Below are positions 23,654-37,100 of a stretch of DNA of 64,000 bases, in pieces. The translations under genes were made by a program, and so were the position numbers. Within the stretch, counting starts at the first letter, position 1. The number at the start of each line of letters is the position of its first letter. Location of the stretch: NCBI GenBank assembly GCA_010015805.1, contig ML978123.1:1674001-1738000 (forward strand), in the 5' to 3' direction. The notes under the pieces are model-generated. The model worked only from the letters and a program-made list of their open reading frames with translations, ran no database searches and was not told the DNA's origin. This DNA comes from Rhizodiscina lignyota (Eukaryota).

Positions 23654-24788
23654 ATGTCGGATTCAGAACCGAACTCATCAGCTCGGTTACCCTCGGACCC
23701 GAAACTCGAGGAATGCCTGCGCGACATCGTGTCGCGTGTATTCAAATCCGGCAAGCATGAAGACTTGACCCTGAGACGCGTTCGTACAGCCGCAGAGGAA
23801 GAATTGGACTTGCCAGAGGGCTTCTTCAAGGCAGACGTGAAGTGGAAGGACAGGAGCCAGGAGATCATAGGCGATGAAGTTGTATGTACAATAATCTACC
23901 ATGTTCTAACTCTCGATTCAAAGACTAATTGCGGTTTTTGTTTTTTTACAGTCTAAGCGAGAATCGCGACAAGAAGCGCCATCAAGTCCCGAAGAGAAGC
24001 CCAAGCCTGTGAAGAAAGCGCCTACGAAGTCCAATGGCGCAGATGCCTCGAAGCGCGGCACAAAGCGTCCCTCACCAGACGCGAAACCCGAACCTATCAA
24101 GAAGCAAAAAGTAGCAGACTCTGACGATGAAGGATCCGAGCTCAGCTCAATAAAGGATATCGAGTCGGACAAGCAGCAGGAGCCTGTCGTCTCCAGTGCG
24201 AAGCACACCCAGGATGATGAGGAACAGCTCCCAGAAGAGAAGGCTGAAAAAGTCGACGAATCCTCAAGCGAGCTGTCCAGTCTCCTAGACTCGCCTCCAC
24301 CGAAGAAGAAGAAACGAGAGAAGGCCGATAGCACAAAGAAGAAACCTGCCAAGGCGAAGAAAGAGAAGGAGAAGACCAAGTCGAAGGCTGTAAAGGTCTC
24401 AAAACCTGCCAAAGCAAAAGACAACTCCGACGCATCACCACAAGAAGCTGAAATCAAACGTCTTCAAGGCTGGCTCGTGAAGTGCGGCATCCGAAAGCTA
24501 TGGCACCGCGAACTCGCTTCATTCTCGACCGACAGTGCAAAGATATCACATCTCAAAGAAATGCTAAATGATGCTGGCATGGATGGGCGCTACTCTGTCG
24601 AGAAGGCGAGGCAGATCAAGGAGAGAAGGGAATTGGCTGCTGATCTTGAAGCGGTGCAGGAAGGGAACAAGATGTGGGGTCAAGAGAGTGGGGAAGAGGA
24701 AGAGGCTGACGAAGCAAGACCAAAAAGAAGACTTGCGAAGGGACTGAAGGACCTCGCTGCATTTATGGATGATGAAGAGAGCGAGTGA
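23654..24788 (+). CDS. HIRIP3-like / DEK-C domain acidic-basic chromatin protein
   Basis: N-terminal LTLRRVR..AEEELDL..GFF; K/E/S-rich linker; C-terminal EIKRLQGWLVKCGIRKLW...KI.HLK.ML...GM.GRYS.EKAR.IKE.REL. Intron 23882-23951. Confidence 0.7.
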
Positions 24789-25329
24789 TAATGATACGAT
24801 GCTTATGCCGTCATGGGAGTCGCATGGTTGGACTTGCTGATAGCAATTTAGGAGTTGCTCAACTAGTCCGACATCATATCGTCAGGTGTTTCGCACGATT
24901 TGCATGGAGCATTAAACAGTTTATCAAATGACATCGTGACTACACAGAGAGTCACAGCCTCCTCTGTTCTGTCCCCTTCCGACCAAGCTCCCACTATGCG
25001 CGAGGGCACGCTCTTCTAGCTCGTACACTTTCCTCCACTCGGCTTGTACCAAGTGCCAAGACTTGGTGGGATGGAAATTTCTAAGACGAAGGTGTTCATT
25101 CCTCCGCGAGCGTGCGAAGGCTATGTTCGGTTATCTCTGGAGTCCGCTCACACCGTTCGCGCCGACTTACGAAAATTCATAAACTCGCGCTGTCCACTTT
25201 CTTTCGCCAGAAACATAATAACCTCGAACTCCCATTCAGGGTATCCTTGTCTTCTTTCAACTGTGGTATACGTATAAGAAACTAACATATATGGCTTGAA
25301 TAGTTTCTATCCAAATCCAAATAGACTAA

Positions 25330-25552
25330 GGCTATGTGCGGTCTGTCAGGTTTCAGCTCCAGATATAACGTTCCAGATACAGTATGAGTAGGTGCATGTA
25401 TCTGAAATGTGGAGTGGGTGCTCGGCTAGATTTAGAAATAAGCGCACTATTTTTACCTAAAATCTCATACGACCGAACAACCCCCCCAGATCCAACCCCA
25501 GGCTCGAAATTTACTCTCATCTGGAGCTGGAATTAACAGACCGAACATAGCC
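25330..25552. mobile_element. 223-bp MITE, PIF/Harbinger (Tourist)-type
   Basis: Left end is GGCTATGTGCGGTCTGT...CAGCTCCAGAT (25330-25364). The reverse complement of the right end (25519-25552) is GGCTATGTTCGGTCTGT...CAGCTCCAGAT. TAA flanks both sides (25327-25329, 25553-25555). No coding capacity. Confidence 0.8.
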
Positions 25553-26524
25553 TAACAGTCCACTTCGCATTAGCACATCCGCCTGGCAATTACATTACTA
25601 CTCCGTTTGAGTATGGCACAGTCCATCTATATTCTCTTCGATCTTAAAGAAACGCTCAAGTTCCTCACGCCCTCCGGTCTCCTGCTCAATCTCTACACGT
25701 AGTTTCGGCGGCAAGAAACCGAGTAGGCGACGCTCTTCTTCCGATACCAGAGTCAAATGGATTTTGGCTGCCTTAAAAACTGCTGAGCGATTCATTTCTC
25801 ACACGAATCGGCTTCCGTCTGACTCCGTGGGCGGATCTCATTGTAGGACCTCGCCGATGACTATCCTTCGCTGTAGATGAAAGATTTGTCCGTTCGCAAC
25901 ATTCTTCTTCTGGACGATAGGTATGCTTGAAGTCGAAGTAGTGCCTCGGTCGCACGTTTCCACTCCGCCTTTGCTGGTTTGGAAGATTATATCCTCCTCT
26001 TCCACAGTTGACTAGTAGCACGTCCCAGTGGATCCATTCGGGCGCCATCGTGTCGCTGGTTCGGTACAAGCCGTAAGATTCGAACCCCAAGGGTCTGATT
26101 AGTTGGTAGAGACGTGTAAACACATTTGGATGGAGCTGCCGGTGCCAGTCGAGCATTTCTCTTCCGTGTTACTTCCATGCTATATATCACCTATCCATCT
26201 CTATCCTGTCGGCATCGATGCACTAATGCTTATGAATTTATCATTATCAAAGCAGAAGAGCCGACCACTCTTCACTTCGGCTTCAACATCCGTATGACGG
26301 GCTGGACTTTCGGTTGTGTTTCTTTCTCGCACTTTCATTATCATCATCAGTGATTGTCTCTTTACTTCGCCATGTCATGACACAGTATCGCATTTGCGAA
26401 TCTACCTGCCCTTCATAAGCTGAGGTTTTGAGCGCAAAAATTTCGATGAACTCGGTAGCACACTCTTCTCTGTCCATAATGGCGTGGCATATCTTCACGT
26501 CCTCTTCCATAATCTGCACATTGC

Positions 26525-28311
26525 TCAGTCCTGCTTAAGACCCACCTTCCCAATCTTTCTCAGACCCCAAAGACTAACGCCCAGCGCCGCCAACGTCAAC
26601 GCAAACAGGTACCAAAAGCTTGCATGATATCCTTCCAGTAGAGCCTCAGGGCTGCGCTTGTTCTCATACTCCGATCTCGCCGTGACGCTTGCCGCCACCA
26701 CAGCCGCAGTCGCGAGGCCTACGGACTTTCCAATCTGCGAGACTGTGTTGAACACACCTCCCGCAAGCGCCTGCGTCCGGGCCGGAAATACGGAGGTGAT
26801 GACCAAATTCGAGATTGTGAACAGCACATCCGAACCCACTGGATTGAGAAAGAGTGCAGGGAAAGGCCCCGCCCAGAAACTCCAGCTTGGCATTGCGAAG
26901 GCCATGATTAGAGGCGAGATGGCAGACACGACGAGCGAGATTATGATAGCGACATCCGCGCGGACGCGGTGGACAATCAGAGCCATCATGATGTTCACTG
27001 TTGCGCCGGCAGCGGGAGACGGCAGGAAATGCACGGATGTGTTGATCGCGCTCATCTTCTGCACGTCTTGGAAGTACAGCGTCAGCAGCAGCTCGAGTGC
27101 GTTGAAGGCCCCCCAGACGACGAAAACGTTGATGCAGATGCAGGTGAAGACCTTGTTTCTCCACAAGGAGTTCGGAATGATGGCAGGACGGCCGAGGCGC
27201 TCTTGACGCCCGCACCAGTAGATGAAGGCTGGAATGAGTGCAATGGATATTGCGAGAATCGTAATGGTTGAAGAGTCGCGGATGCTTGCGGTGTTTCCAG
27301 TTAAGATCCTGCAGGATTGTCAGCTGTCGTTGATTCTGATGCGTTGCACTCGACTCACGCAAAGACATAAGACAGCATTGCCAATGCCGAGCTCGCGAGT
27401 ATGGCTCCAACCCAGTCGATATCAGAGCCCAATCTCTTCCAAGTGATGGGATCATTCTCGCCAATAGTCTTCGGCAGACCCCATATCGCGACGACTAGAA
27501 TAATGGTATTCATGATCGCCGCCGTGTAGAAGCCCCATCGCCACCCTATAGTGTCTGCAAAGACACCACCAAGCGTAAGTCCAATGGTAAACCCGATCGG
27601 CTGCCCGCCTCCCATCGCGGCGAACGCAACATTGCGTCTCTTTCCCGGCGCGAAAGAATTGGTGATGATGGACACAGCGCTCGGCAGGCAGAACGAAATG
27701 GCGATGCCCGCCAGAGCACGGAAAAGGATGAGCTGTGGGCCGTTCTGCGAGAGACCGCAGGCCAGGGTGAAGGCGCTTTGCAGCGCGCAGCCGAGCAGAT
27801 ACATGTGTCGACTACCCACGACATCGGCAATGGAGCCGAGGAGGAGAAGTGTGCAACCGCATGTTAGAGCGTAGATTGATGCGGGCCTGGATATCGTCAG
27901 TCAGATGTTCTTCACCAAGACAGCATACCAGCTGCAAATTAGAGTGGATAATGTGAAATGATGTACATACCATAGCAGCAAACTTTCACTTAATCCCAAA
28001 TCTCTTGCAATCGTTGGCAGTGCAACAGTCACCAGTCCCGACAGCAAACTGCTAATTGCCGTGATACATGTCACCGAAACAATCACCACCAGCGTCTTCC
28101 CTTTCCCCAAGTTGGGATGCTCTATGTCCTCATCCCTCGTAAGAGGGGCTCTTTGCCCAGCTTCTCGTGATCGCGATTCAGATTCAAGGCGGTCAAGTGG
28201 TACTGATGCAGGGACGGCAGAGTCGACGGATGTGGTTAATGCTGGGTGGTATGCCACCGGCACGCTTTGGAGCTCAATCTCTGTTGTGGACGTCGAAGTC
28301 GACGACATCAT
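26525..28311 (-). CDS. MFS transporter (14-TMS DHA2/aminotriazole-resistance-like)
   Basis: VTVALPTIARDL, ADVVGSR, RALAGI, GG..ADTIGWRW.F, IDWVGA, QALAGGVFNT.SQIG and LLEGY..FW motifs. Two introns (~27969-27887, ~27358-27309). Confidence 0.9.
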
Positions 28312-28880
28312 GGACAATTGAAGAATAAGAGAATTGGTATCATGGGCACAGGTGTCAAAGACACACAATTGTATAAATTTTCCGCATATACGCTAATGAC
28401 TAAATACGATTCTATGAAGTGCGTCGCCAACGGAATTGAACCGTCTTGTCGTTTGCCATACGTCATAATACGGAAACCGAAATAAATCTGCGCCAAGCTA
28501 CCTTGTTTAGGCAACTGCACACCATAAAATGAACGACAGGGGAAATGCGTAGAAAAGGTAAAGTTGAAACTGTTGAATCCATTCATTTCTATCCATTCCG
28601 TTTCGATGGCAACGAGGTCATCTTCTCCCGAGACCGTGCATCTGTCTTTATCGTTGAAGTAATAGTACATTGAGAATTTTCTTGACTCTATTCGTAATGG
28701 AGTGGAGGCGTCGCTATCAAAGTCAAGCAGTGTGCCTTGAGGGAAGTTTGATCCAGCAAGAACTACCCGCGATTTCATCGTTACGTCCACGATAAACCCA
28801 GTAAAAAAATTCATAAACGCCCTCGCAATGCGTGACAAGTATGTGTACATCGAAGAGTCGAAAAGACGAATCCGATGGCC

Positions 28881-31019
28881 TCAAGGGAATGACGGTCCGC
28901 TCGTGAGAACGGATTTTTGCGCGAGCGTCATCATCTGCGCGCTGCTGAGGCCAAAGTCCTGGCCGATTCGGTATAGTCTTCCGCGAATCCACTCCCGCTG
29001 CCTCATAGGGACGCAGTCTGTATTGCCAATGACAAAGAGTGGCCAGGAGAGGAAATATCCGCCCGTCGCCTCGGCTGCGTGAATTTCCTGTCCGCTATCT
29101 CTAGCTCTCGGCTGCAAATCGATCTCCAGATGGAAAGGCACGCTTGAGCAAACATCATCTGCCATTGTACGCGCAACGTACATAGCATGTTGCTGCATGC
29201 CGTGAACTGTAATGAGAGTTTCTGGAGCTGGGTCTGACAGCGCCCCAGACATATTCAGAATGATCTGCTGGCAGAAGATGCGGCTGACGCGGTAGTCGTT
29301 GATGATGTTCGCCATGAACAAGTCGTCGTATATGTGCACCGGACCTTGCCATTGTGGCGCATTGAAGACGTCTACTGGCTCTTCAAGCTGCATTCGCACT
29401 GTGCGATGGCCCCAGTCTTCTGGGAGTGTTAGATACCAGTGCTCGAGCCGGCCGTCCACTTCTTGAGCCATTTTCATGATATGCATGATCTCGGCATTCT
29501 TATTTAGACTGGGAGATTGGGAGACTACGTCAACTGCGTACCGACGGAGGTTTGGAAGGTCGAGTGATATTATGGCGAGGCGATTGGCGGGATTTTGTTC
29601 GAAGTTGTCGTCGCATGTCCAGCCCTTTGGGCCAGGATATTCGTCAACGGGTTTAGCGCGTTGTATTGCGCTTGTGAGCTATTTCTGTTAGCTACTTTCT
29701 GAGATATAAAATGTTTTGAGTAATGCATCTCACCATGCACATCCGTATTGCGCGAAACAGCCCAACGGACTCTTTCGTTTTCCATCCGTCGCTACCCCGC
29801 AACTTTGCCAGAGCAACTGCTCCATCAACGTGATTTGACCAGGCGGTAGGTTGTTTATCGGTTGAAGCGACTGCCTGTAATGGGCCCTGTTAGATACATC
29901 AATGATGATGAAATAAGAGGGAATGAGAGATACTGTGATGGTGGAAAGGGATTTGAACTGTGGATGTCGTGACATACCTCGTATAGAGAAAACATTAATA
30001 TCGTCATTAATGAGTGATCCGATGCTGCGGTGAGGGGATCTTGTATCGCCTCATTGATCTTATTCAGCGCTCTGCCGTACGCTTTTCGAGCGTCGACTTT
30101 CAATCGTGAGTTGCCAGGATAATTGCCTAGGGCAGAGAGAGCCACAGCATGTGTAGCTAGTTGTAAAGGTGAGTCTGATGAGGCTTGATTGTACATTGGT
30201 ATTAGGTATTCCAAATACCCTCGACCGCTACCGCTATTGAGGGGAAGATAGACGAAATTTCGAAAGAAAAAGGATGTCGCCGCTGCTTCGACTGAGTACT
30301 CCAGTCCTGCCGGAATTGATGACACCCAGAAGGACGGCGAGGAACAATCTATGTCGAAGAAAGGGAATTTTGGGTCAAGAGCTGCGCGCTCAAAGAGGGA
30401 GCTGGCAGAAAGCTGAGTGAGAGCATCGCTAAATTCGTATTCGATACCATTTTCAGTGGATTCGACAACAGCTGGTTCGACAAAGTCTGCTGCTGCTGCT
30501 GCCGCCGCCGCCGCCGCGGATGGACTTCGCTTTGGACTTTTAGGAGAGCAAGACTCTTCAGATTGAGTTGATGGGGTGGACCTGGAGAACTCGAGAATCA
30601 GCGTACGGTACTCGAGAGATCAGATCCGAGGAGAGACGATGCGATCTAGATCTGCAGCCACTGGAGTATATGGGGAATGTAGTGGCTCTCCCTCTCAACC
30701 TTTCCCGAAAGAGGCGTGCAGCGCGAGGAGATGCTTACCGAGAGAAGCTGGTATTCGAACGATTCCGATTCGAAGCCTTCTGAGCCCTCTTCTTGGTGGC
30801 AGACGTCTCATTGCGGAAGATTAAATCGAATTCGTCTGGATATCCAGGGCATTCTCGACCGGACTTCTTGCAATTGCCACAAGCTGGTCGAGCCTCATCA
30901 CACTATTCGCCCGTCAGCGTCACGGCCCGCATTTCAAATGAGGAGATAGTTCCGCGTACCTTAATCCTCCTCGTCTTGCAGCATTGACACCCTCGACTGG
31001 GCTTCCCGCAGTATACCAT
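28881..31019 (-). CDS. Zn(II)2Cys6 transcription factor
   Basis: MVYCGKPSRGCQCCKTRRIK|CDEARPACGNCKKSGRECPGYPDEFDLIFRNET, split by intron ~30959-30904 and so missed by the ORF track. Later AATSFFFRNF, YGRAL..IN.AI.DP and GGYFLSWPL..R.WI..RL..IG..FG motifs. Confidence 0.88.
30489..30517. repeat. (GCT)n(GCC)n trinucleotide tract encoding about 10 Ala in the Zn2Cys6 TF
   Basis: gctgctgctgctgccgccgccgccgccgc; reads SAAAAAAAAAADF on the minus strand. Confidence 0.8.
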
Positions 31020-32536
31020 ATTGGAGAGGTACTTGAGAGCTTACTGAACAGTGAGTGGTCACTTCGTCTTCTGAATGCGGTAATTGTAGAGAAGAAACAT
31101 GTAGGCGACCGGGTGGAAAAAAGGGTGTAGCGAATTCGGCAGAATGGCTCCGCTTTCTCGTTCGAATGCAGCGAGTAATTGATCCTTCGAGAAGTCAAGG
31201 CGTCCGACAATTGAATGCAATCACCTCTACCTAAATGAATTTCGAGATTCCTCAGGTTGACGCGTTCTCACAGGGCGCAGAGCTCCATGACATCTGTTCT
31301 ATTTGATGAGATCGGCCCGTCGAGCAGGGCAGCGGATTTGGCCAAAGGGCCGGTGCTCTTCAAACGCGCAAGCTCTTCGCCGAGAAAGCGGTACCGTTCC
31401 TGGCGCTGGTGGTACTGCTGCGGGACTTTGGTAAGCCATTGGCGCCTGAAGGCTACGGAGTCCAGTTTAGGGCTGGCATGGCAGAAGGGCGACGTCGGCA
31501 TGCCCGCCGACCCATCTTGTGATTGCACAAGTCGATACGAATGTTGGTGCAGCGTTTGGGGATGCCAGAGGAGGCGCAGCAACGTCCAGGGGAGGGCGGA
31601 AAAGTCGATCCCTCCGCTCCCCGCGGGCGGTAATCGCCGACGGGAGTATTATTGAACATCAGGAGACGGCATGTTGGAGATAGCATTTCACGCAAGATGC
31701 TCCTTCGGCGCTCAGTTGAAGCGCAGGAATTTTGATACAGACGCTGCCCGAACAGTATCTTTGACCTCGCCCCGACAACTCTTCGAAACCATCGAATACT
31801 GTCTCTCTTGTGCTGCTCCTCGGAGAATAGCAACGCATATTCTGCACGCTCGACATCGCGCTTGACCCAACGCGGTGCCGGTTGCGAAGTGGCCTTGGTG
31901 GCTTTTGCACGTCTCGCTTCCGAACAGGGATCGTCGTTGTTCGCGCAGACTGCAGTAGCCCTACGCAGCACCCTGGCTCATCTATAACAGCATTACGTGC
32001 GCAAAGAGCGCTTTCGGGCGAAATTGGACGTATAGCTGATGCTGTAGGCCGGTAGATTGTGCCCCAATGGGTATTGGCGTGTAGAGCCTTGAACAGTCAT
32101 GTCTGCCTCACAAGGCCAACTCCGAATGTTCTTACAATGCATGCATGACTAACCATCCAGCTCGCTGAGCGATTAATCTTCTTTTACACAGCTCATTGTC
32201 TGCGCGTCATTGTCTGGCGGCTCGCCAAATCAAAGTACACGGTCTTTTTCTCCCCGCTGGAGTTCGTGTCGAACGTCGTGAGAGATAAAGCTGCGCCCCT
32301 CTGCACGTTATATGGCTCATATCAGCCACGATCCAAGCCATAGCAAGGGGTGATGAAGCTTAAGTTCGAGCAGACGCCAGGTTGTCTGGCGTCGCGAGCT
32401 ACCTAAAAGATATAAGAAGATTCGAGACGCGTCATTACGCGTATCCTTTTCGTATCGCGCTGCTAACAATCACTGCTCGCGTAGAACAAGCCGGCACCCC
32501 TTCTTAATTTTGCTGCCTGGAATACGGAGTTCGGAC

Positions 32537-33568
32537 ATGGCCCTCAACGCGCATGAAAAGCTTGACATTTTCATAATTGTGTACTTCTCCTTGGCACTTC
32601 CGTTTTCGCTATGGGTTTGTAAGAAGCAAGGTTTTGGCCGCTCCTTAGGATGGCTGTACTTGGTCTCTCTCCCAATCTTTCGCATTGCTGGATCCGCTTG
32701 TACTATCGCAGCATATCAAGACGCGCAGCGGCCATCTCCTGGCTTGTTGGCGGCCGGTGCCATTCTGAATGGACTGGGTTTGGTTTCCCTAGAACTCACA
32801 CTGCTAGGGCTGGTTGAGCGAGCGTAAGGTCTACCTTGGGTCGAATGGAGCAATGGTTGACGAAACACTAGGAATGCGGGAATGCAGAATAGGTTTAGAT
32901 ACGCCTCACGAGGACTTCCGATGTGCCATATACTGCTTATCATTGCAGCTGGACTCTCCATCTCCGGCGGAATAAATTCTAGCGAGTCTCAAAGTCAAAG
33001 CTCTGTGGATACTGGACATGCTTTGAGGAAAGGCTCGGCGATTGAGCTACTGGCCGTCTTTCTCATCCTTGTTGCTGTCACTGTTGGTATACTAGTACGA
33101 GTCAATCAGGCCTGGGCTGGAGATCGACATATCCTCTATGCTGCTGCGATTAGCTTTCCTTTCCTGTTGGTACGAGCCATCTACACGGTCATCATTGCTT
33201 TCGCTACGAGTTCGGCTACATTCAGCGCAACCAGTCCAAATGTCTACGTTCAGGCATTCATGGTGAGCGAAGATCCACATCTTGCCAGCATTGTTTCTTG
33301 AGGCTAATTCTGAATCAGCAAATACTGATGGAATGTATCATCATTGCACTGTTTATAGCCGCAGGACTTACAGTTCCTTCTGTTCGACTGGCTCCAGAAG
33401 ACTTTAAGGAAGCAGATCCACCAGGGAGTAAGTTACTAGACGTGTAAGCAACGCTGGTCTTCTAACACTTCCACAGTAAGCCAGACCAATTCCTCACAAG
33501 CTCCGAATATACAGCCAGGAAATGACGTCGAGCTCGGTACCTTACCCGCCCGCTCGCAAGGACCATGA
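32537..33568 (+). CDS. Fungal multi-pass membrane protein (RTA1-like/DUF7702-type)
   Basis: About 7 hydrophobic segments; motifs GFGRSLGWLYL...RIAG and PFLLVRAIY. Introns 32824-32871, ~33263-33318 and 33428-33476. Confidence 0.7.
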
Positions 33569-34112
33569 TGAGGCTTTTGGGAAGATACGATTTTGCATTT
33601 TGTCTTGGATGTTTGATACCCATTAAGGCGCGGAAAGGTGAAAGGGAACAGCGCGGAATTCTGCCGACGCACGAATGTCGATTTGCATGATACCAGGCCC
33701 AGAGCCATGATGTAAAATTCTACCCATTCTCGAGCATTTGAAGTAGCATCACAGCGTATCGAATTTTCATGAAATGATGTTCTTGAAGTTGCACACTCAC
33801 AAACATGCGGCCGCTTTCCCCAGAATTTGAACCCGGTCTGACACGCTAGTGGCGCATGCCAAGCCATGTTTCGAGAAATCCAAGAACAGCTGTTCAGAAG
33901 CTCCCAACGCCTGCACCCACAACCTTCATGATATTCAATCCTATCTTCCGTGCGGTACCCTAAGATACCCCTCTACCCCACTTCTAGGAGATGCACGTTT
34001 TCTACTGCCCATTCGACCTCGACGTTTGGCGAAGCTTCTGACAGCACACGCACCCTAAAATCCATCGACATCTCGAATGTCAGTCGCGAAGAAATAGGAG
34101 TCGCAGAGCGCG

Positions 34113-37100
34113 ATGTCCGACTTCCAGATGTTCCATGCCCTCGGGCAAGGCTCGAGTGATCCGAATCAACCTCAAACCGAACCTGCTGCACCTCAATTTC
34201 GCCCTCCGGTAGCTCCAAGTCCAGGCGGATATCAGCAAGCAGGTTCAAATGCCGGCGCGCCTCAGAGTCAATATGGAGGAACTCCGCAGTCAGGCTACTC
34301 GGGATATGGTGCTCCTGGACAAGATCAGGGATACTTTCCTCTGAACAGTGGGCAGCAGATGCAACAACAACCACAGGATGGCATGGCGGGTTTGACAGAA
34401 CAGCTGGGAAGCATGGCGATGGGTGGCACAGCAGGCCCACATAGGCCACGGAAGAAGGACAGACATGCCTACCATACACTTGATGCACCTACAGGGAGCT
34501 CACAAGCTTTCAATGGTGTACCTCAAGGAGCTGGTCCTCAATTTCTCAACCAAAATGGACCACAAAGTGCGCCTGGGACGCCAGGAATGGCACAGTTCCC
34601 AGGTGGAGCGAATGCGATGTATCAGCCTCCGAATGCTGCAACGCCGATGGGACATTCAGCGCATGGCGGAGCACCGGGCGCGCCAATGGCAGGCAGTACT
34701 GTCACATCCGCTCAAGGTCGGGTGGATCCAGAGCAGATACCGAGCGTGCCGCGCTCTCGAGATGGACCAGCACAATATTACCTCGAACATGTTTACCCAA
34801 CGATGGAGAGTCACCTCCCTCCTCCTGCCGCGGTCCCCTTTGTCGCTTATGATCAGGGCAACTCTTCCCCTCGATTTGCGCGTCTTTCCCTTAATAGCAT
34901 TCCCGCATCAAATGAACGGTTATTGCAGACTGGACTACCTCTTGGAATGGTATTGCAGCCATTAGCAAAACTCCAGGAAGGCGAGCAACCGATACCACTC
35001 CTGGATTTTGGAAATACGGGTCCGCCGCGATGCAACAGATGCAGAGCGTACATCAATCCGTTTATGACTTTCAGATCTGGTGGCAACAAATTCGTGTGCA
35101 ACATGTGCAGCTATCCGAATGACGTGTCGCCTGAATATTTTTCACCTACCGACCCATCTGGTGTGCGCGTGGACCGACTTCAGCGGCCAGAGTTAACCCT
35201 CGGAACTGTCGAATTCACCGTACCAAAAGAATACTGGGCTAAGGAGCCAGTTGGCATCAGATGGCTGTTTCTGATTGACGTTACCGCCGAGTCGTGCAAC
35301 AAGGGCTTTATGACCGGATTTTGCGAAGGCATCATGAACGCGTTGTACGGAAGTGATTCTGCGGCAGAAGACGAAACCAACGGAGAGAAGCAAACGTCAT
35401 TACCTCCGGGCTCTAAAGTGGGTATCGTCACGTACGACAAGGAAATTCACTTCTATAATCTCAGCGCCAGCCTTGACAAGGCTCAAATGATGGTCATGCC
35501 GGACATTGAGGATCCCTTTGTTCCTCTTAGTGATGGTCTCTTCGTAGATCCAGAAGAGTCGAAAGCAGTCATCACTTCGCTTTTAACCCAGTTACCGACT
35601 ATGTTTGCTGATGTAAAGAACCCGGAGCCTGCGCTGCTGCCGGCTTTACAGGCCGCTCTTGCTGCGCTTGATCACACCGGTGGGAAGATAGCGTGTGCAC
35701 TTTCCGCATTGCCGACCTGGGGTCCAGGTAGGCTATTTATGCGTGATGATCAGAAAATGCATGGGACCGATGCGGAGAAAAAGTTACTCACAACAGAGCA
35801 CCCTGGGTACAAGAAGCTGGGCGCTCAGTTGGTGGAGAAAGGAATTGGTGCCGATTTCTTCATGGCGGCGCCGAACGGCGGCTACTTGGACATTGCAACA
35901 ATAGGTACGCCACCAACTGCAAATCAAATAAAAGAAATGCTAACTTCCCTCCAGGCCATGTCTCTTCTATTAGCGGCGGCGAAGTGTACTACTATCCGAC
36001 ATTCCACAATCCACGGGATACTTTGAGATTATCGAAGGAAATCAGGCACACAGTGACTCGCGAAACAGGCTACCAAGCACTCATGAAAGTGCGATGCTCG
36101 AATGGTCTTCAAGTTGCCGCATATCACGGCAATTTCACTCATCATACATTTGGTGCCGATCTCGAATTTGGTTCGATTGATGCTGACAAGGCCATTGGAG
36201 TCATGTTCAGCTATGACGGCAAGCTGGATCCAAAGCTCGATGCACATTTCCAGGCTGCCTTGCTTTACACGAGTGCGGATGGGCAGCGGAGAGTACGCTG
36301 TATAAATTTGGTCGCAAGCGTGAGCGAAGCCATGGGCGATATCATGCGCCTCATCGACCAGGATGCCGTTGTTCATCTCATCGCCAAGGAGGCTGCTGCA
36401 CGGATCCCGGATCGAACACTGAAAGAAGTTAGAGCTGCCATTACTGAGAAGTCCATCGACGTCCTCGCGGGCTACAGAAAGAACAGCGCGGGTTCACATC
36501 CACCTGGGCAGCTTGTTCTGCCAGAAAACCTCAAAGAGTTCAGCATGTACACACTTGGCTTGCTGAAGTCGCGAGCTTTCAAGGGCGGTAGAGAACCTAT
36601 GGACAGGCGGGTTCATGATTTGCGCCTGATCAAGGGGATGGGCACAACTGAACTGTCGCTATACCTATACCCTCGCATATACTCGATCCACAATCTTGAT
36701 GAGGGCGATGGCTTTGCAAACGAGAATGGCCATCTAAGGATGCCTGCCGCTATACGTGCCTCCTTCTCTAAGGTAGAAGAAGGTGGCGCGTATATCGTCG
36801 ACAATGGACAAATCTGCCTATTATGGCTGCACGCGCAAGTTTCGCCGCATCTTTTGGAAGATTTATTCGGGCCAGGAATGAACAGCCTACAAGCGCTTGA
36901 TCCATTCTCATCCACGCTGCCCATACTGGAGACACATCTCAATGCCCAAGTTCGCAACATCTTGCAGTACCTCGAGACCAATAGAGGCAGCAAGGCGCTG
37001 ACAATACAGCTGGCGAGGCAAGGACTCGACGGAGCAGAGTTCGAGTTTGCGAGGCTGTTATATGAAGACCGGAACAACGAGGCGCAGAGCTATGTGGACT

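Noticed and set aside
28308..28850. 180-aa minus-strand ORF between the TF and the MFS gene
   Set aside because: No recognisable domain; it overlaps the TF 3' UTR and the MFS promoter. Cannot be supported as a gene.
31257..31971. Several 80-170 aa ORFs upstream of the Zn2Cys6 TF
   Set aside because: Arg/Ser-rich, motif-free and overlapping on both strands; more likely GC-rich promoter sequence.
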